A DNA stretch of 64,000 nt from the human T2T-CHM13v2.0 reference genome, Homo sapiens, in the NCBI RefSeq assembly GCF_009914755.1, contig NC_060930.1; one strand, 5' to 3'. Numbering within the stretch: the stretch's first letter is position 1; each line of letters opens with the position of its first letter. A program made the translations under genes and the position numbers. The notes under the pieces were generated by a model. It saw nothing but the letters and a program-made list of their open reading frames with translations. It was not told where the DNA came from and made no database searches. Below are positions 1 through 13,213 of this stretch, piece after piece.

Positions 1-273
1 CCGGGAGGAGCAGCCTGGGTTCCTGCTGGGGAGAACCCCTTGAGCCAGCCTGAAGGCTGTGACCTTCCCAGGTCTTAAGGGCGGGGATTTCTCAGAGCTG
101 AGACGCATGCCTTGCTTCACTTGAGGCCTGGAATGGCTTCTGTTTGTTCTTCGATTTGTGTGGGGGTGGGGGTTGTAGTTTCCTTTTTTTTTTTTTTGCT
201 TTGTTTCTGTGCATGTATAGAATTGAGCCAAATGGAATAGGTGTTTTAAACTCTGAATGCATTTTGCCATTGC

Positions 274-1685
274 TTTTTTTTTTTTTTAATTGATCATTCT
301 TGGGTGTTTCTCGCAGAGGGGGATTTGGCAGGGTCACAGGACAATAGTGGAGGGAAGGTCAGCAGATAAACAAGTGAACAAAGGTCTCTGGTTTTCCTAG
401 GCAGAGGACCCTGCGGCCTTCCGCAGTGTTTGTGTCCCTGGGTACTTGAGATTAGGGAGTGGTGATGACTCTTAACGAGCATGCTGCCTTCAAGCATCTG
501 TTTAACAAAGCACATCTTGCACCGCCCTTAATCCATGTAACCCTGAGTGGACACAGCACATGTTTCAGAGAGCACAGGGTTGGGGGTAAGGTCACAGATC
601 AACAGGATCCCAAGGCAGAAGAATTTTTCTTAGTACAGAACAAAATGAAAAGTCTCCCATGTCTACTTCTTTCTACACAGACACGGCAACCATCCGATTT
701 CTCAATCTTTTCCCCACCTTTCCCCCCTTTCTATTCCACAAAACCGCCATTGTCATCATGGCCCGTTCTCAATGAGCGGTTGGGTACACCTCCCAGACAG
801 GGTGGTGGCCGGGCAGAGGGGCTCCTCACTTCCCAGTAGGGGTGGCCGGGCAGAGGCGCCCCTCACCTCCCGGACGGGGCGGCTGGCCGGGCGGGGGTTT
901 GACCCCCCACCTCCCTCCCGGACAGGGTGGCTGCCGGGCGGAGACGCTCCTCACTTCCCAGACGGGGTGGCTGCCGGGCAGAGGGTCTCCTCACTTCTCA
1001 GACGGGGCGGCTGGGCAGAGACGCTCCTCACATCCCAGATGGGGCGGCAGGGCAGAGGCGCTCCCCACATCTCAGACGATGGGCAGCGGGCAGAGACACT
1101 CCTCACTTCCTAGATGGGATGGCGGCCGGGCAGAGACGCTCCTCACTTTCCAGACTGGGCAGCCAGGCAGAGGGGCTCCTCACATCCCAGATGATGGGCG
1201 GCCAGGCAGAGACGCTCCTCACTTCCCAGACGGGGTGGTGGCCGGGCAGAGGCTGCAATCTCGGCACTTTGGGAGGCCAAGGCAGGCGGCTGGGAGGTGG
1301 AGGCCATAGCTAGCCGAGATCACGCCACTGCACTCCAGCCTGGGCACCATTGAGCACTGAGTGAACGCGACTCCGTCTGCCATCCCGGCACCTCGGGAGG
1401 CCGAGGCTGGCGGATCACTCGCAGTTAGGAGCTGGAGACCAGCCCGGCCAACACGGCGAAACCCTGTCTCCACCAAAAAAATACGAAAACCAGTCAGGCG
1501 TGGCGGCGCGCGCCTGCAATCGCAGACACTCAGCAGGCTGAGGCAGGAGAATCAGGCAGGGAGGTTGCAGTGAGCCGAGATGGCAGCAGTACAGTCCAGC
1601 TTCGGCTCGGCATCAGAGGGAGACCGTGGAAAGAGAGGGAGAGGGAGACTGTGGGGAGAGGGAGAGGGAGAGGGAGAGGGAGAGC
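274..1685 (-). mobile_element. Full-length SVA retrotransposon (SVA_D-like) with short VNTR
   Basis: Reading along +: poly-T (274-287), SINE-R (~288-790), GC-rich VNTR (~790-1250), Alu-like region (~1250-1625), (GAGAGG)n hexamer (~1630-1684). TSD TTGCCATTGCTTTT at 264-277 and 1686-1699, at a TT/AAAA L1-endonuclease site. Subfamily from recalled SINE-R diagnostics. Confidence 0.96.
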
Positions 1686-1935
1686 TTGCCATTGCTTTTA
1701 AAAAAGCTTGTTCTCATTTAAACTCACAGCATCAGTGAATGAGAGTGTTTATCTCACGATATCCTCACCAGCTTTATATATTATGCTTTTCAAATTTGTG
1801 CCAATTTTAGAGTGGGAAAATGGTTGTGAATGTGAATTTATAAAAGAAATAATTGTTGGTTGTTGTGAAAAATAAATATTTGTGTTGGTTTCCTAAAAAC
1901 TAGAGTTGGATCCCTAAGAATACCCAACTTTGTCA

Positions 1936-2396
<461 letters not shown>

Positions 2397-3459
2397 TTAA
2401 TAGAGACGCAATCGGATACCTGCGACATGGACTCCAGCCGGAGGCTAGCACACTCTGTCCTGCCTTGGAAACTCTAGAGCTAGAGTTTGGGTGTGAAGTC
2501 AGCACAGTTGACACCGTTGTCAGGGGAGGCGTTGGTTGGCTGTGATTCTGGGCCACTGGGGCCACTTGGGAAGGTTGGCTTTGCTATGCTGCAGTAGGAA
2601 CTTCTTGGACACGTAGTCCCCAAGGTCTGGATATTCCCTTGCTGGGCTGCGTGCATCCAGGATGAGCTAAACCCTGGTCCCACCTGCTCTGACCATAGCC
2701 CTCTCTGGAGCCTCTTCCAAGCCTCAGTGCTACTGGGTGGAATTGACAGAGAGACCCTTTTAGGCTTGAGGAAAAGGACAGTCACTGGACAAGCAGAGCT
2801 GTGGAAAACAGGGACAAGGCTTGGCCAGGCAAAGCCATCTACTCGGGAGAAAGCGGGAGAAGGCAGAAGAAGCTTGGATCAGGTGGGACTCCAGAGGGGC
2901 TTGGACTACAAGGTCCCAGAGCTCCCCTGATTCCAGGATTCTGCAAAGAGTGAACCAAGAACAACCTAGAGCAAAGGTCTCTGAATCAAAAAAGCGACAG
3001 CATCTCAGGCACAGAGGTGGGCATGGAGGGAACAGGTTGTTATGCCCCTGTGTGACCCCAGGCATGTCACTTAACCTCTCTGGGCCTAACTTCTTCACCT
3101 AGAAAATGATGGCTAGGGCAAACTCTGAGGAATGATTTTATTCTGGGATTTGTGCATGCAGCCAGGTCTATGTGAGCCATAAAGATAACTCCTCCCTCTC
3201 TGCATCTTCCAAACCTACCAAAGAAGAACCGAGGCTGACAGAATAGAAACGGGGACGCTGAGGAGGTGGGACTGGAGGCGTCCTCGTTCCTTTCTTGGTG
3301 TGGCCTGAGCTCCCTCTGCCTCCAGATAGGCCACTCCTTGGGCTTCCATTTGCACATCTTACCCCTTTGATGATAGAACATGCCCCACCTGCTCGCAGGT
3401 TTGACGAGAGGCAAACATTTGGTTCCATTTATCGGGGTAGCTCAGGGCCACTGCTTCCT

Positions 3460-3620
3460 AGGTATGATTTCACTTAGTCCTTCACACAAACCGTGAGGTT
3501 GACATCATGTTCACCCCCATAACACAGATGAGAAAACCAAGGGTTAGAGGACAGGCAGTGAGGGGCAGGCAAAGCCAGGGCTCAGATCTGTTCAGGCTTC
3601 AGAGCCTGGCCTCTCTCTCA
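3460..3620 (-). mobile_element. MIR fragment
   Basis: MIR core-like 'cccccataacacagatgagaaaaccaagggttagag'. Approximate ends. Confidence 0.55.
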
Positions 3621-4004
3621 CAAATAGAATATTTTCTTCTAAAAGTCATAGCACTGTCTTTGGGGTGGGGTGGGGGCACGGATTTTCTTTTTGAAAAAGA
3701 TCTAGAGCTCTCATATGGAAATGGGTCCACAGGGGCAAGGAGCCTGGCCAGGAGTTGGAACACTGATGGATGGACACTTTTGGAAGGTGCTGGGAATGGG
3801 CACACTGTCAAAGTCACCGGCCACTGCTCTCACCTGTATATGGTATTGAGTACTGGTCCATGTACCCAGCCAATTACCTCACAAGTCCGCAAGAGTGGGC
3901 ACGTGCCTGGAGAATGAGGATGGGGCGGGGAGGGTGAGGAGGGAAAATTGGGGCATAATGCAGTCTCCTACCTGGGGGATTGGATATTGATTGGGAACTC
4001 CCTG

Positions 4005-4380
4005 GGCAAGTGAGGCAGGTAAGGGCAGATGAGGCAGGTAAGACTAGGTGAGGGCAGGTGAGGACAGATGAGGCTAGGTGAGACCAGGTGAGGACAGGTG
4101 AGACAGGTGAGGGCAGATGAGGTTAGGTGAGACTAGGTGGGGGCAGGTGACGGCAATGAGACTGGGTGAGGGCAGGTGAGAGCAGATGAGGCTAGGTGAG
4201 GGCAGCTGAGGGCATATGAGGCTAGGTGAGACTGGGTGAGGGCAGGTGAGGCGAGGTGAAGGCAGGTGGGGCAGGTGAGGCAGGTGAGGACAAACGAGAC
4301 TGGCTGAGAGCAGGTGAAGCAGGTGAGGTCAGGTGAAACTGAATGAGGGCAGGTGAGGCAGGTGAGGGCGGAAAGGTAAG
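4005..4380. repeat. Degenerate minisatellite, 9-10-bp unit (consensus ~GAGGGCAGGT), roughly 35-40 units
   Basis: Directly visible tandem units gagggcaggt / gaggctaggt / gagactgggt / gagggcagat. Confidence 0.92.
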
Positions 4381-5339
4381 GACCTGGGCTTTACTCGAGA
4401 TGCAGAAAGGCAAGGACAACCCTGAAGAGCGAATGGAGACTTGCTGAGCCTAAGGATATCCAACCACATGCTTTCCCCAGAGTTCCTTTGTTTCCTGCTC
4501 CAGCCTCAGACGACGCTCCTCCTCCCACCCAACCTGCCTCCGCAGACACAAAGGTGCCATGTGCTTTAGGACTAGCCGGACACTGTGGCTGAAGAGAAAC
4601 CTGGGCTCTGACCTGAAGAGAATCTTCACAGTGAAGGGACTAGAAAATAGAGTGAAGATGACAGCTGAGGGGAGCAGGTACGTGGGCCCTGCTTGGGGCT
4701 CATGGGAAGACCGGAGGGAATTACATGGGATTCCAGCTCCAGAAGGACATGAGCCAGCGTGTGACCCTGCTGTGACCACTCTGAATACCACAAGTGTCCA
4801 CAGAGGCTGCACTGTGGCTCCTTACCGATGTGACGCCTGCTGTCACGGCCTCAGTTGTTCCACATGCCAAGCTTCCAGGAGAGACGACAGATTTACTCAG
4901 GTTCCAATGATACATTGAGCAAAGCAGGAAGATGAGCTGAACACCACTGCTGCTGTCAGAGATGCCAGGAGAAGCCAGCAATTTCTGCCTCTCCCCCGGA
5001 AGGACCTTGGGCGTCCTGATACCCGGTGGTAGTCAGCCACCAACCAGCGCAGCTCTTCAGGACACTACTAGAAAAGTGTCCCCTTGCCTCCCGGCTACTG
5101 CTGCCCAAACAGAAGCTGAGTTTCTGTCTACTTTTCTGCAAATCACTTGCCAGCAACTAGGGTGTTCTATCCTTTAGAATTCATCATCCTTGAAGGGTCC
5201 TTTCATAGATCTCTTCAGCCTTCCCCGTGGAAACAGATCAGCAGACACTCTTGAAACCACAACCTGTAGTCATCCATCCAGGGCTTAGAGGGATTCCTTG
5301 ATTTCAAAGAAACCTGAAATCAAGGTGGGGGTTGTTGAA

Positions 5340-5470
5340 TTAGGAAGCCTGGATTCCCTTCATACTTCTACTTACACAGCTGTGTGACCTTGGATAAGTC
5401 ACTTAACTTCTCTGGGCTTGTTTCCTCATTGATAAATGGACACCAACCAGATGACCTGGAAGGTTCTAGC
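5340..5470 (+). mobile_element. MIR fragment
   Basis: MIR core 'ctgtgtgaccttggataagtcacttaacttctctgggcttgtttcctcat'. Confidence 0.7.
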
Positions 5471-6999
5471 CAAATTGAAACTCTGCGACTCTTGCCGAGA
5501 TCATGCAGCAGTTTCTCTTCCCCACGCCCAGGGAAGCAGATAGTGTAGAAATTTGTCACTGGAGGTTGGCTACACATTGGGGTCTGGGGACTGGGGACCC
5601 TAGGCACAGTGACTCATGTTCTTCCCACCCTCACCTACGACATGCCAGTTTAGACACCACCTGTGAGGCTGTCCTTACTGGTTTCCATGACAACAGCAGA
5701 GCACTGGGCATGGGACAAGCTTGCTACCCCTTGGTGTGGGGCTGAGCAGGCCTGGAAGAAACAAGGCTGCTGGGCTGAGCTTGAGGCCAGCCACTCATTT
5801 CACCAAGCTGAGCTGTAATCACATCCCCGGGTAGCACTGTGGCTTTCCCAGAACATGACTGAGCAGCATTATGTCTGCAGTGCTAAGCGGGTGTGATCAA
5901 TAGACGGAGAGCTGTGACCAGCTGGGCTGTGATGTGGAGCCTGCAATCAGGCTGCCTGGGGGAAATTCAGGAGGCCAGCCATCGTCTTTAACCAGGGCAG
6001 CCCTGAGAGTGTCTGCAGGGGCTGCACGCCCTGAACAGATCCTCACAGATGCTGATCAGGGCGGCTTCTGGGCTCCACCTGGCACAGAAAAGCCAGCAAA
6101 GCTCCAGGGGCTTCCCTTCTTTCCTGGCAGAGAAAGAGCAGGCAGATTCAGAGTCCGGTGAGGCTGTCTTGAGCTCCACTGGGATCCAGGGAGAGCCAGC
6201 ACCACCAGCAAGTGAGTCCTGATAGATTGTCTCAGGCTGTAAGATGGAGGAGGGGGCATCACAGCTACCCATTGGTGGCTGGCCAAGGATAGCCGCAGCC
6301 CAGGTGGTTACTTTCAGAAGAAAGGTAGCCACTTATGAACACTAATATCTCAGGGGAGGACTTCTCCAGGAAATGCTGGGCAGTATGTGTGCCAGTGGAG
6401 GCTGGCTGGCTCCTGGTGCCGACTCAACACTTCCCAGGGATGTGGCCTTTTGGGGAATGCCTCCCAGTTTTCTCCTCAGTAAAATGGGCCTAGGTTACAG
6501 AGTGTGTGGCGGTGAACTGAGATGCTTCCCATGAGCTCCCAGGATGTAATAAATGCTCTCTTTATAAGAGACAGGGAACCTGCCTCAGAGCTTTTTCCAT
6601 GACTGAGTTAGAGGAGTAAGGAATCCTTCTCTCCAGCCCAGCGCTGTGTTCCTGTGAAGAATCCTTTGGTCAGTTGGCCATTGAGAAAGGGGTAGCTTGG
6701 AGATGTAGGAAAATGTAAAATGTTCCCTGTCCTCTGGTTCTCAATTTGGGTGTGTGGTCATGGAGCAATTAGAAATAACACTCCAAAATGCAGGATCCAA
6801 TGTCATGAATATACAAATTGTTCTCTAACACATAACTCAAGTCCCTGTCCTTCCAGAATAGTGAAAATAGTGGGAGGGATAATACCCAATCCATTTGAAC
6901 ACAGGTGCTACATTTCACTCTGGACAGCAAATATGTTTCTAGAAAGTTCCACATGGCATGGGCATTTTGTAAATTGAATTAAATATTTTCTTTAAAAAA

Positions 7000-7845
7000 T
7001 GCTTTTTGTTGATCTATAATGCACCTGCCCAAAAGTGCACCAACTGAACATACCTATGTAGCCAGTTTAGATCAACAAGCAGAACATTATCTAAACTCCT
7101 ACATTTCCTCCAGTCATTTACCCCCTCAGGATAACCACCATCATGGCTTCTAAGAACATAGATTAATTTTGCCAGGTTTTACTTTGTTTAAAAGGATTCA
7201 TATAGTTTATACTCTTTTGTGTCTATCTTCTTTGCCTTAACTTTGTGTTTGTAAATTGCATTCATGTTTTTCTATGTAGTTGTAAATTTGTGTTCATTGC
7301 TGTAAAATATTCCACTGTGTGACTATATCACCATTTCTTGATATCCATCCTACTGTTAATTAGCATTCATAGAACTACCAGTTTTATCCTATAACAAATG
7401 GTGCTGCTATGCATATCCTAGTACATGTGTTTTGGTGAATGCATATGTGCATTTCTGTTAGGCGTATGCCTAAGAGTGGAGTCTTTGAGTCAAGGTTATG
7501 TGCATACTCAGTTGTACAGATATTGTCAAATAGGTTTCTACAGTAGTTGTACCAATTCAGCATCTTGACAGCAGTGTATAGGAATTCCAGTTGCTCCACA
7601 TCCTTGACAACACTTACTATTTTCGGTTTTCCGTTTTAACTATTATGGTGGGGGTCTACTGGTATTAGAGTATGGCTTTAACTTGCATTTTCCTGATGAA
7701 TAATGAAATGTAACATATTCTATGTTTATTGGCCATTTAGAGGTTAGATCCCCTAACCTTGTAAAGAAAATGCCTATCCAAATATTTTGTGCATTTTTCT
7801 ATTTGGATATCAATCTTATTCTTGTTGATTTGTAAGAGTTCTAGG
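7000..7845 (-). mobile_element. Old L1 (L1ME/L1MC-class) 3' fragment
   Basis: Antisense L1 motifs 'ttgctccacatccttgacaacac', 'ttgcattttcctgatga', 'tgtttattggccattt'; AT-rich. Confidence 0.75.
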
Positions 7846-8729
7846 AGGACAATTTCTTTGAAATTGGGGAACTTTTTCTGGTATGAATAACATTTGGGTC
7901 TACATTTAGAAATCTGAATACTGAGTTTTCTTAGAAGCAGGTCACTGTATACATACTTACAAATTTCAACAGTGAGGTAAATCTAAGCATGGGGAAAATC
8001 AGCCTCAAATGTTCCCAGATACAAAGCTTCCTCTCGAAAGATGAGAAGACTACTGCTTTTTCCTCCTGTTTATTTCATGCTGGTGTGGCAAATGGGGGTG
8101 GGCAAGGTCATTCCACATGGTGTGTTGGAACAAGGACGACAGTGAATTAAGTGGCTGGTGGACAACGAGGAAAGAGATAAATGGGTCAACCAGAAAAGGA
8201 CTTACAGTTCTGCAGTTGGGCTTGTTTCATAACTGGGCACATCAATGTGCTCAACAAGCCTTAGTGGGATGAAATTTCATCTGACAGGGGACTGCTGAGA
8301 AATAACAAATGAGTGGCGGGGGATTTACACGTTAGATAGGCAAGTATCTAGAGAATCATTGTTAGCTCAGCTAAGAAAAATGCCTTTGCTAAATTTGGGG
8401 ACAGCCGTAAAAGCCAAAACATGGAACAAAAGTATCTCTGGAAGCCACCCAGAAGAGTGTAGATGTGCTACCAGGCATACTTTAAGACTCCTCTGTTATC
8501 CTAGGTGTGAGGCACAAGGACTAGCCCTCAAATCCTAAGTCCACATTTCAGAGAGTGGCCCAGCCACCAACTGTGTTCTGCTATCTACCCTGCCATATGC
8601 AGCCCTTTGGTGCTACTATCAAAGGAATTTCCCCTTTTAATTACCATTTTACACAATGTAATATAGCAATATAAACATAATCATCCTTAGTGAAATTAAA
8701 ATGAAACCAAGGAAAAGTTTTCTTGGCTT

Positions 8730-9000
8730 TCATTCATTCAATAAACGTAAGCACCTAATATATGCCAGGTATCATGCTAGAAGATAAATAAACAGCACAA
8801 GGTCTTCCCCTCAGGGAGCTCACAGTATTGTGGGGAAATGAAGAAGTAAACAGTTAATTTCAAGATAATGTAGTGGCTGTGAGATGGAAGTTTTCAGGGC
8901 TTTAACAGGTATGGGGGACCTAACTGGTGGCTGAGGAGGAAGACAGGCAGGGGTTAGAAGTCTTGGGAAAGGCTTCCAGAAAGAGTTAATGCCTTAAAGT
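8730..9000. mobile_element. L2 fragment
   Basis: 'ttcattcattcaataaacgtaagcacctaatatatgccagg...cctcagggagctcacagt' matches the L2 3'-end pattern. Confidence 0.6.
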
Positions 9001-9619
9001 CTATTTCTTCCTATCATCCGTGAAGGGGATATGTGGGAGAAAAGTTAGGAATTCACAAATCCCACCATGCATCCGAGGAGAAGGAAAAAATTTCCAATTT
9101 TCTGTAATTCCTAGCGTCCTCATGACTTATATTAATGAACATTTTTTTTGCCTCCCATTTTGAACATGAATTCAATGAAAGTTAATTAAAATGATGTAAA
9201 ATGTGTCCTTGTGTGAATTAATTAGTGTTAGTAAAAATGAGGCTTTTCCCCCTTTTCCTTTTCAATTACTCACATATGGAAACCCCAGAAAACATTTGCC
9301 ATCCCTTGACTAAGCACTGTCAGGACATCTTTCTCCTGTTTACAACCATGAGAATAGGCGGATGGCCAATGAAGGGAGGAGGGTAAATGCAAGAATTTGT
9401 TATGCTGGAATTCAGCAGACTCTCTGTAACATGTGGGGTTTAAGATTAGTGGAATCGTGAGTAAGAGAAGTGGGAAAGAGGTAATTACAAATCAGTGGTG
9501 GGTATAAGCTAAGAATCTACTTAGAAAGCTGACTGAGCCACTAAGAAAGGGGTTGTGGTAGTCAGAAACTCTTTCTCTGCTCTTCTCAAAGAATATGGAA
9601 CCAAATATCAGTTGAGTCA

Positions 9620-10230
9620 TTTGGAATGCATTGGGCTGCAAGTAACAGAAACCCTAATTCATCATAATTGGAACAATTAGATGGTTTGTTATCTCACATA
9701 ATAAGAAGTCCAGGGGAATGGCTGTTCCAGGGTTGATTAATTCACCAGCCCGCCGGTGTCTTAAAGATCCAGGTTATTTCTATTTTTCTACTCTGCCATC
9801 CCTGGTGTTCTGGTTTATCCTCATAGGCTGCTCTCTTAATGGACCCAAGATGCTTTGGTTTCAGGAACAACACACAGAGCCCAAGTCCAAAGGCAGAAAA
9901 GCAAACATTCTTATCTTGTGGCTTTTGTTTTGTTTTGCTTTTGTTGTTGTTGTTGTTTTTCAAGAAAAACCTTCCCAGAAGCCCCATCAGCAGATTTCAC
10001 TTTTAGCTCCATTGGCCCAAATTGCATCTCATGCCTGAACCAATTGTTTGGCAGGGGAAATCACTCTGTCCTATCCAGCTTCAACCATGAACTCTCAGTC
10101 CTGTGTAAGGGGGCAGCCTAGCCTTCCCCAAAGGACTTGGTAACTTGGAATAAGATGAACAAAATCAGGGTTCTATTAACAAGGAAATGGAGGGATGGGA
10201 GAGGGGATGGCAACTAACACATCCATGTTA
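9620..10230. mobile_element. MaLR LTR (MLT1J/K/L-like)
   Basis: 'ggctgcaagtaacagaaaccc...ctcacataataagaagtccagg...tcagggttctattaacaaggaa' resembles old MLT1. Subfamily uncertain. Confidence 0.6.
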
Positions 10231-11369
10231 AACAAGAGTTCTCTGATTTCTCTTCTTGAACTTGAGGGGCACAGCCTTGGGGATTTGGGGGATACCCCTT
10301 TGATCATCTCATTTCTTCTCCTTGGTAGCAAGTAGTTGATGGAATCACACCAGAAAAATGAGCAAAATATGACAAAGAAACAACTTTAATACAGTGAGGA
10401 TACTGGGGAACAGACCAGATGTGAGCAGGCAGGGAAGTCTTTAGCAAAATTGTGGCGTGCCCAAAGCTTGGCTTCTGACATGTGGAGCCTTTCCATTTTG
10501 TGTTCTTCCTCCTCACTCCATATCCTACCCAATGAACCCAATATTTTAATATTCTCCTCTTTGCTCCATTAAAGCATCAAACGTATTCACACAAGGTTTA
10601 CATGACCAAGGAGGGCAGGATAGGGATTAAAAAATAGACTTTAAATACCAGCTCTGCCATCTGCTAGCTTTCTGACCATTTTGAGCCTCAAGTTCCTCAC
10701 AACAAAGTGGGAATAATGATACTACCCAGCAGGTTGTTACCACTGCGTTTATTCATGTTCATCCTATTGGAGCAAGCTAACTGCTAACAACTTTAAAATC
10801 AAGATGGCTTGACCCAAGTTTGGTTCTCACTAACACAGAGTCTAGTGTCAGTGGTCCTGATCGGGTGGCTTTCTGGTGACCTGAGGACTCAAGGATACTG
10901 CCCTTGCATTTTAAGGTGCCACTGTCTTCAACACAGGATCTTTAAGTTTTTGTTGGAAAGTTGTGGCTGCTTAACTTGGCTTGGAAGCATTTCATTGTTG
11001 AGAACTAGGACCGGAGATCCAGGGTGGGAACTGGAATAAAAAAATTTGCTGTGTGCCCAGGTAGAGATGTGATGAGCATCAAGCTAGTCTCTGCCACATT
11101 ATTATTTTGGCTGTTGCTTTCATTGTAACCAATACCGTGTATTGAAATGGCAGCCATTTTTCAGATGTAACTATGGGCCCTAACAGTTCATTGATGTTCA
11201 TAGCCATAATTCCAGGAAGCCATTTCTGGGAGCTTATGTACCTTAAATCCCAGTTTGAGGTGTCTATGGAAGAGAAAATAGTCCATCAAGGATGACAGCA
11301 GGGAAGTCTAGCAACTTCTCTCCATAATACTTAGCACGGTGTTAGACACAGCAGGTGCTGACTCAGTGA

Positions 11370-11800
11370 TTGTGGGTCTTACTCATGGTGGATGCGCTAC
11401 TCTATTTCCTTGGGTCCCTTTCCCATTTTCATGCCCCTTGGCTCCGAGTTTGCTTTTACTCCCGGTGTCCAGAACCCATGCTTCTTTGTGAGAGGGCTGC
11501 CGTCATGCTTCTGGAGTCTGCTTCGCCTGTGTACAGAGAGAGTGGGGGGTACCTAGAAACATGCATCCCTCTGAGATGGCCCTTGACCAATGGAGGGAAG
11601 GGCTCTCGGTCTCCAATCCTCCTCTGTGGGAGAAGCCAGGCACCCTGCATGCATGGGACCTTGCTTGACATTGCACCCTTGCTTGGCTTCCTCCTCACTA
11701 TCTTGCATCCTCACTTCCCTGCAGGGGACACTGCCAAATACATCACTTTCTCACAAATCCTCATCTCTGGGATGCTTCTGGGGAAACAGCCTGAGACAGG
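11370..11800 (+). mobile_element. ERVL solo LTR (LTR16-family)
   Basis: Ends with 'atgcttctggggaaacagcctgagaca' (LTR16-like terminus); internal 'cccttgaccaatggaggg'. Confidence 0.6.
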
Positions 11801-12439
11801 AAGTAAGCTGAAGAAGCAGAATTTTGAAGATTCTGGGCCCCATTTGAATGGAATAGCTAAGACGGGTCTTTGAGAACATCAGTATTTGCCTCCCACCTCA
11901 GTTTTCACATTCACAAATTAAAAGATCACACAGGCAGACTTTGGTATGATATGCAGTCCCTGAGCAGTGTGGGGACTCAAAGACGTTTATGGCAGCCCAT
12001 CAGCCTGCATCCAGTGCTTCAAAGGGTTCTGAGAGACTGGCTCAGCCCACTGCCAGCCAGGTCATCTCAAAACTGAAATGAAAGCAGCAGAGAGGGTTAT
12101 ATTTATCGTCTGAGTGAGACTTGCTTTTCTCAACAGGATATTTATGTTGTGAATGGGTAGAATCTGAACTGCAGAATATGAATTTCCAGACATTCTTCTT
12201 AGATGATGCAGTCTGCCACAGGTGAGGTGTTTTCAGCTTTATGCTGACATTAATATAAAGCCATTCCTTACTCTTCTACCTTAATATATGGTCTCTTTAG
12301 TTTTAATTAGGTCTGTCCTTGCTTCTGAACTTCTGATTTCCCCCAAAGTTGGAGATAATGTTCAGGAATGACCTCAGAGGAGGTACATAGAAGGTACAAC
12401 GTGGTATGTACAAGGCTGTACCTCAAGCCACTTGAGAGG

Positions 12440-12845
12440 CTACTTTGGCATCGGGCCCTATGGTGAACACTGTAAAGTGCTAACTAGATCCCCCTCAATA
12501 AGGACTTGCAGTCCCAGTGGTGCAGAGTGCTGCTAGCACACAGAGGTTGCCTGGGCTGCAGGGAGCAGCCTTACTGATGTCACACCCCTGCCCATGGGGC
12601 CCAAATCTAATAACTGATTGATATGGACCCATAAAGATCTGGCCATCTCAGACCACCTTAAAACAACTCTGAAGGGCCATTTGATCTCCCAAGCCCTGGA
12701 CCAAGGCTGTCTTTGACCTTGGCTTAATTTCTGTTTCTGCATACTTCTTCCTCCTCCTTACACAGGTGTTGACCCCTTAATCGGCATTCTGCACAAAAAA
12801 CTGCATCTTATGGTCTGCTTTCAAGGGAACCCAACCTGTAATAGT
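12440..12845 (+). mobile_element. ERVL solo LTR (LTR16C-like)
   Basis: 'gatcccccctcaataaggact' near the start; 'tctgctttcaagggaacccaacctgtaa' terminus. Confidence 0.55.
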
Positions 12846-13166
12846 CACATTTCCCTCCCTCACCAGCCAGACTTTCCCTGAAGACATCAGGGAGGAATAA
12901 ATAGGGTGGTCCTTCAGTGCTGGATGCAGCTTGGCTCTTGCTTTCAAGCCCTCTGGTTGTCTGGTAAGGATAGGAAGAGGAGGAAGATTAAGGGTGCAGT
13001 TTGAGGATTGTATGATGGCAGGGCTACCTCGTTTTGATGCAGGAAGAAGGGTAAAGAGGCCTTCGCAGTCTCTGCAAGGGGCCCTGCATTATAATCCCTG
13101 AGCATCTTTAACCGTGGCAGCTCTGTGTTCATTCCAGACATCATCCCTGAGGGCTCCCTCTCCCTC

Positions 13167-13213
13167 ATCCTCATACTCAGATGCTGAAGATCCTCATACT
13201 CAGATGCTGAAGA
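13167..13213. repeat. Perfect 23-bp tandem duplication within an L2-like relic
   Basis: ATCCTCATACTCAGATGCTGAAG at 13167-13189 and 13190-13212. Confidence 0.95.

Noticed and set aside
294-1573. Many overlapping 70-155 aa ORFs
   Set aside because: All lie in the SVA; the GC-rich VNTR is stop-poor in several frames.
4005-4380. CRISPR-like array (also considered for 34729-34806)
   Set aside because: Contiguous short degenerate units with no unique spacers and no cas genes, in human DNA.
11370-11873. 167-aa ORF
   Set aside because: Coincides with an LTR16-like relic, has a non-ATG start and no protein-family resemblance.
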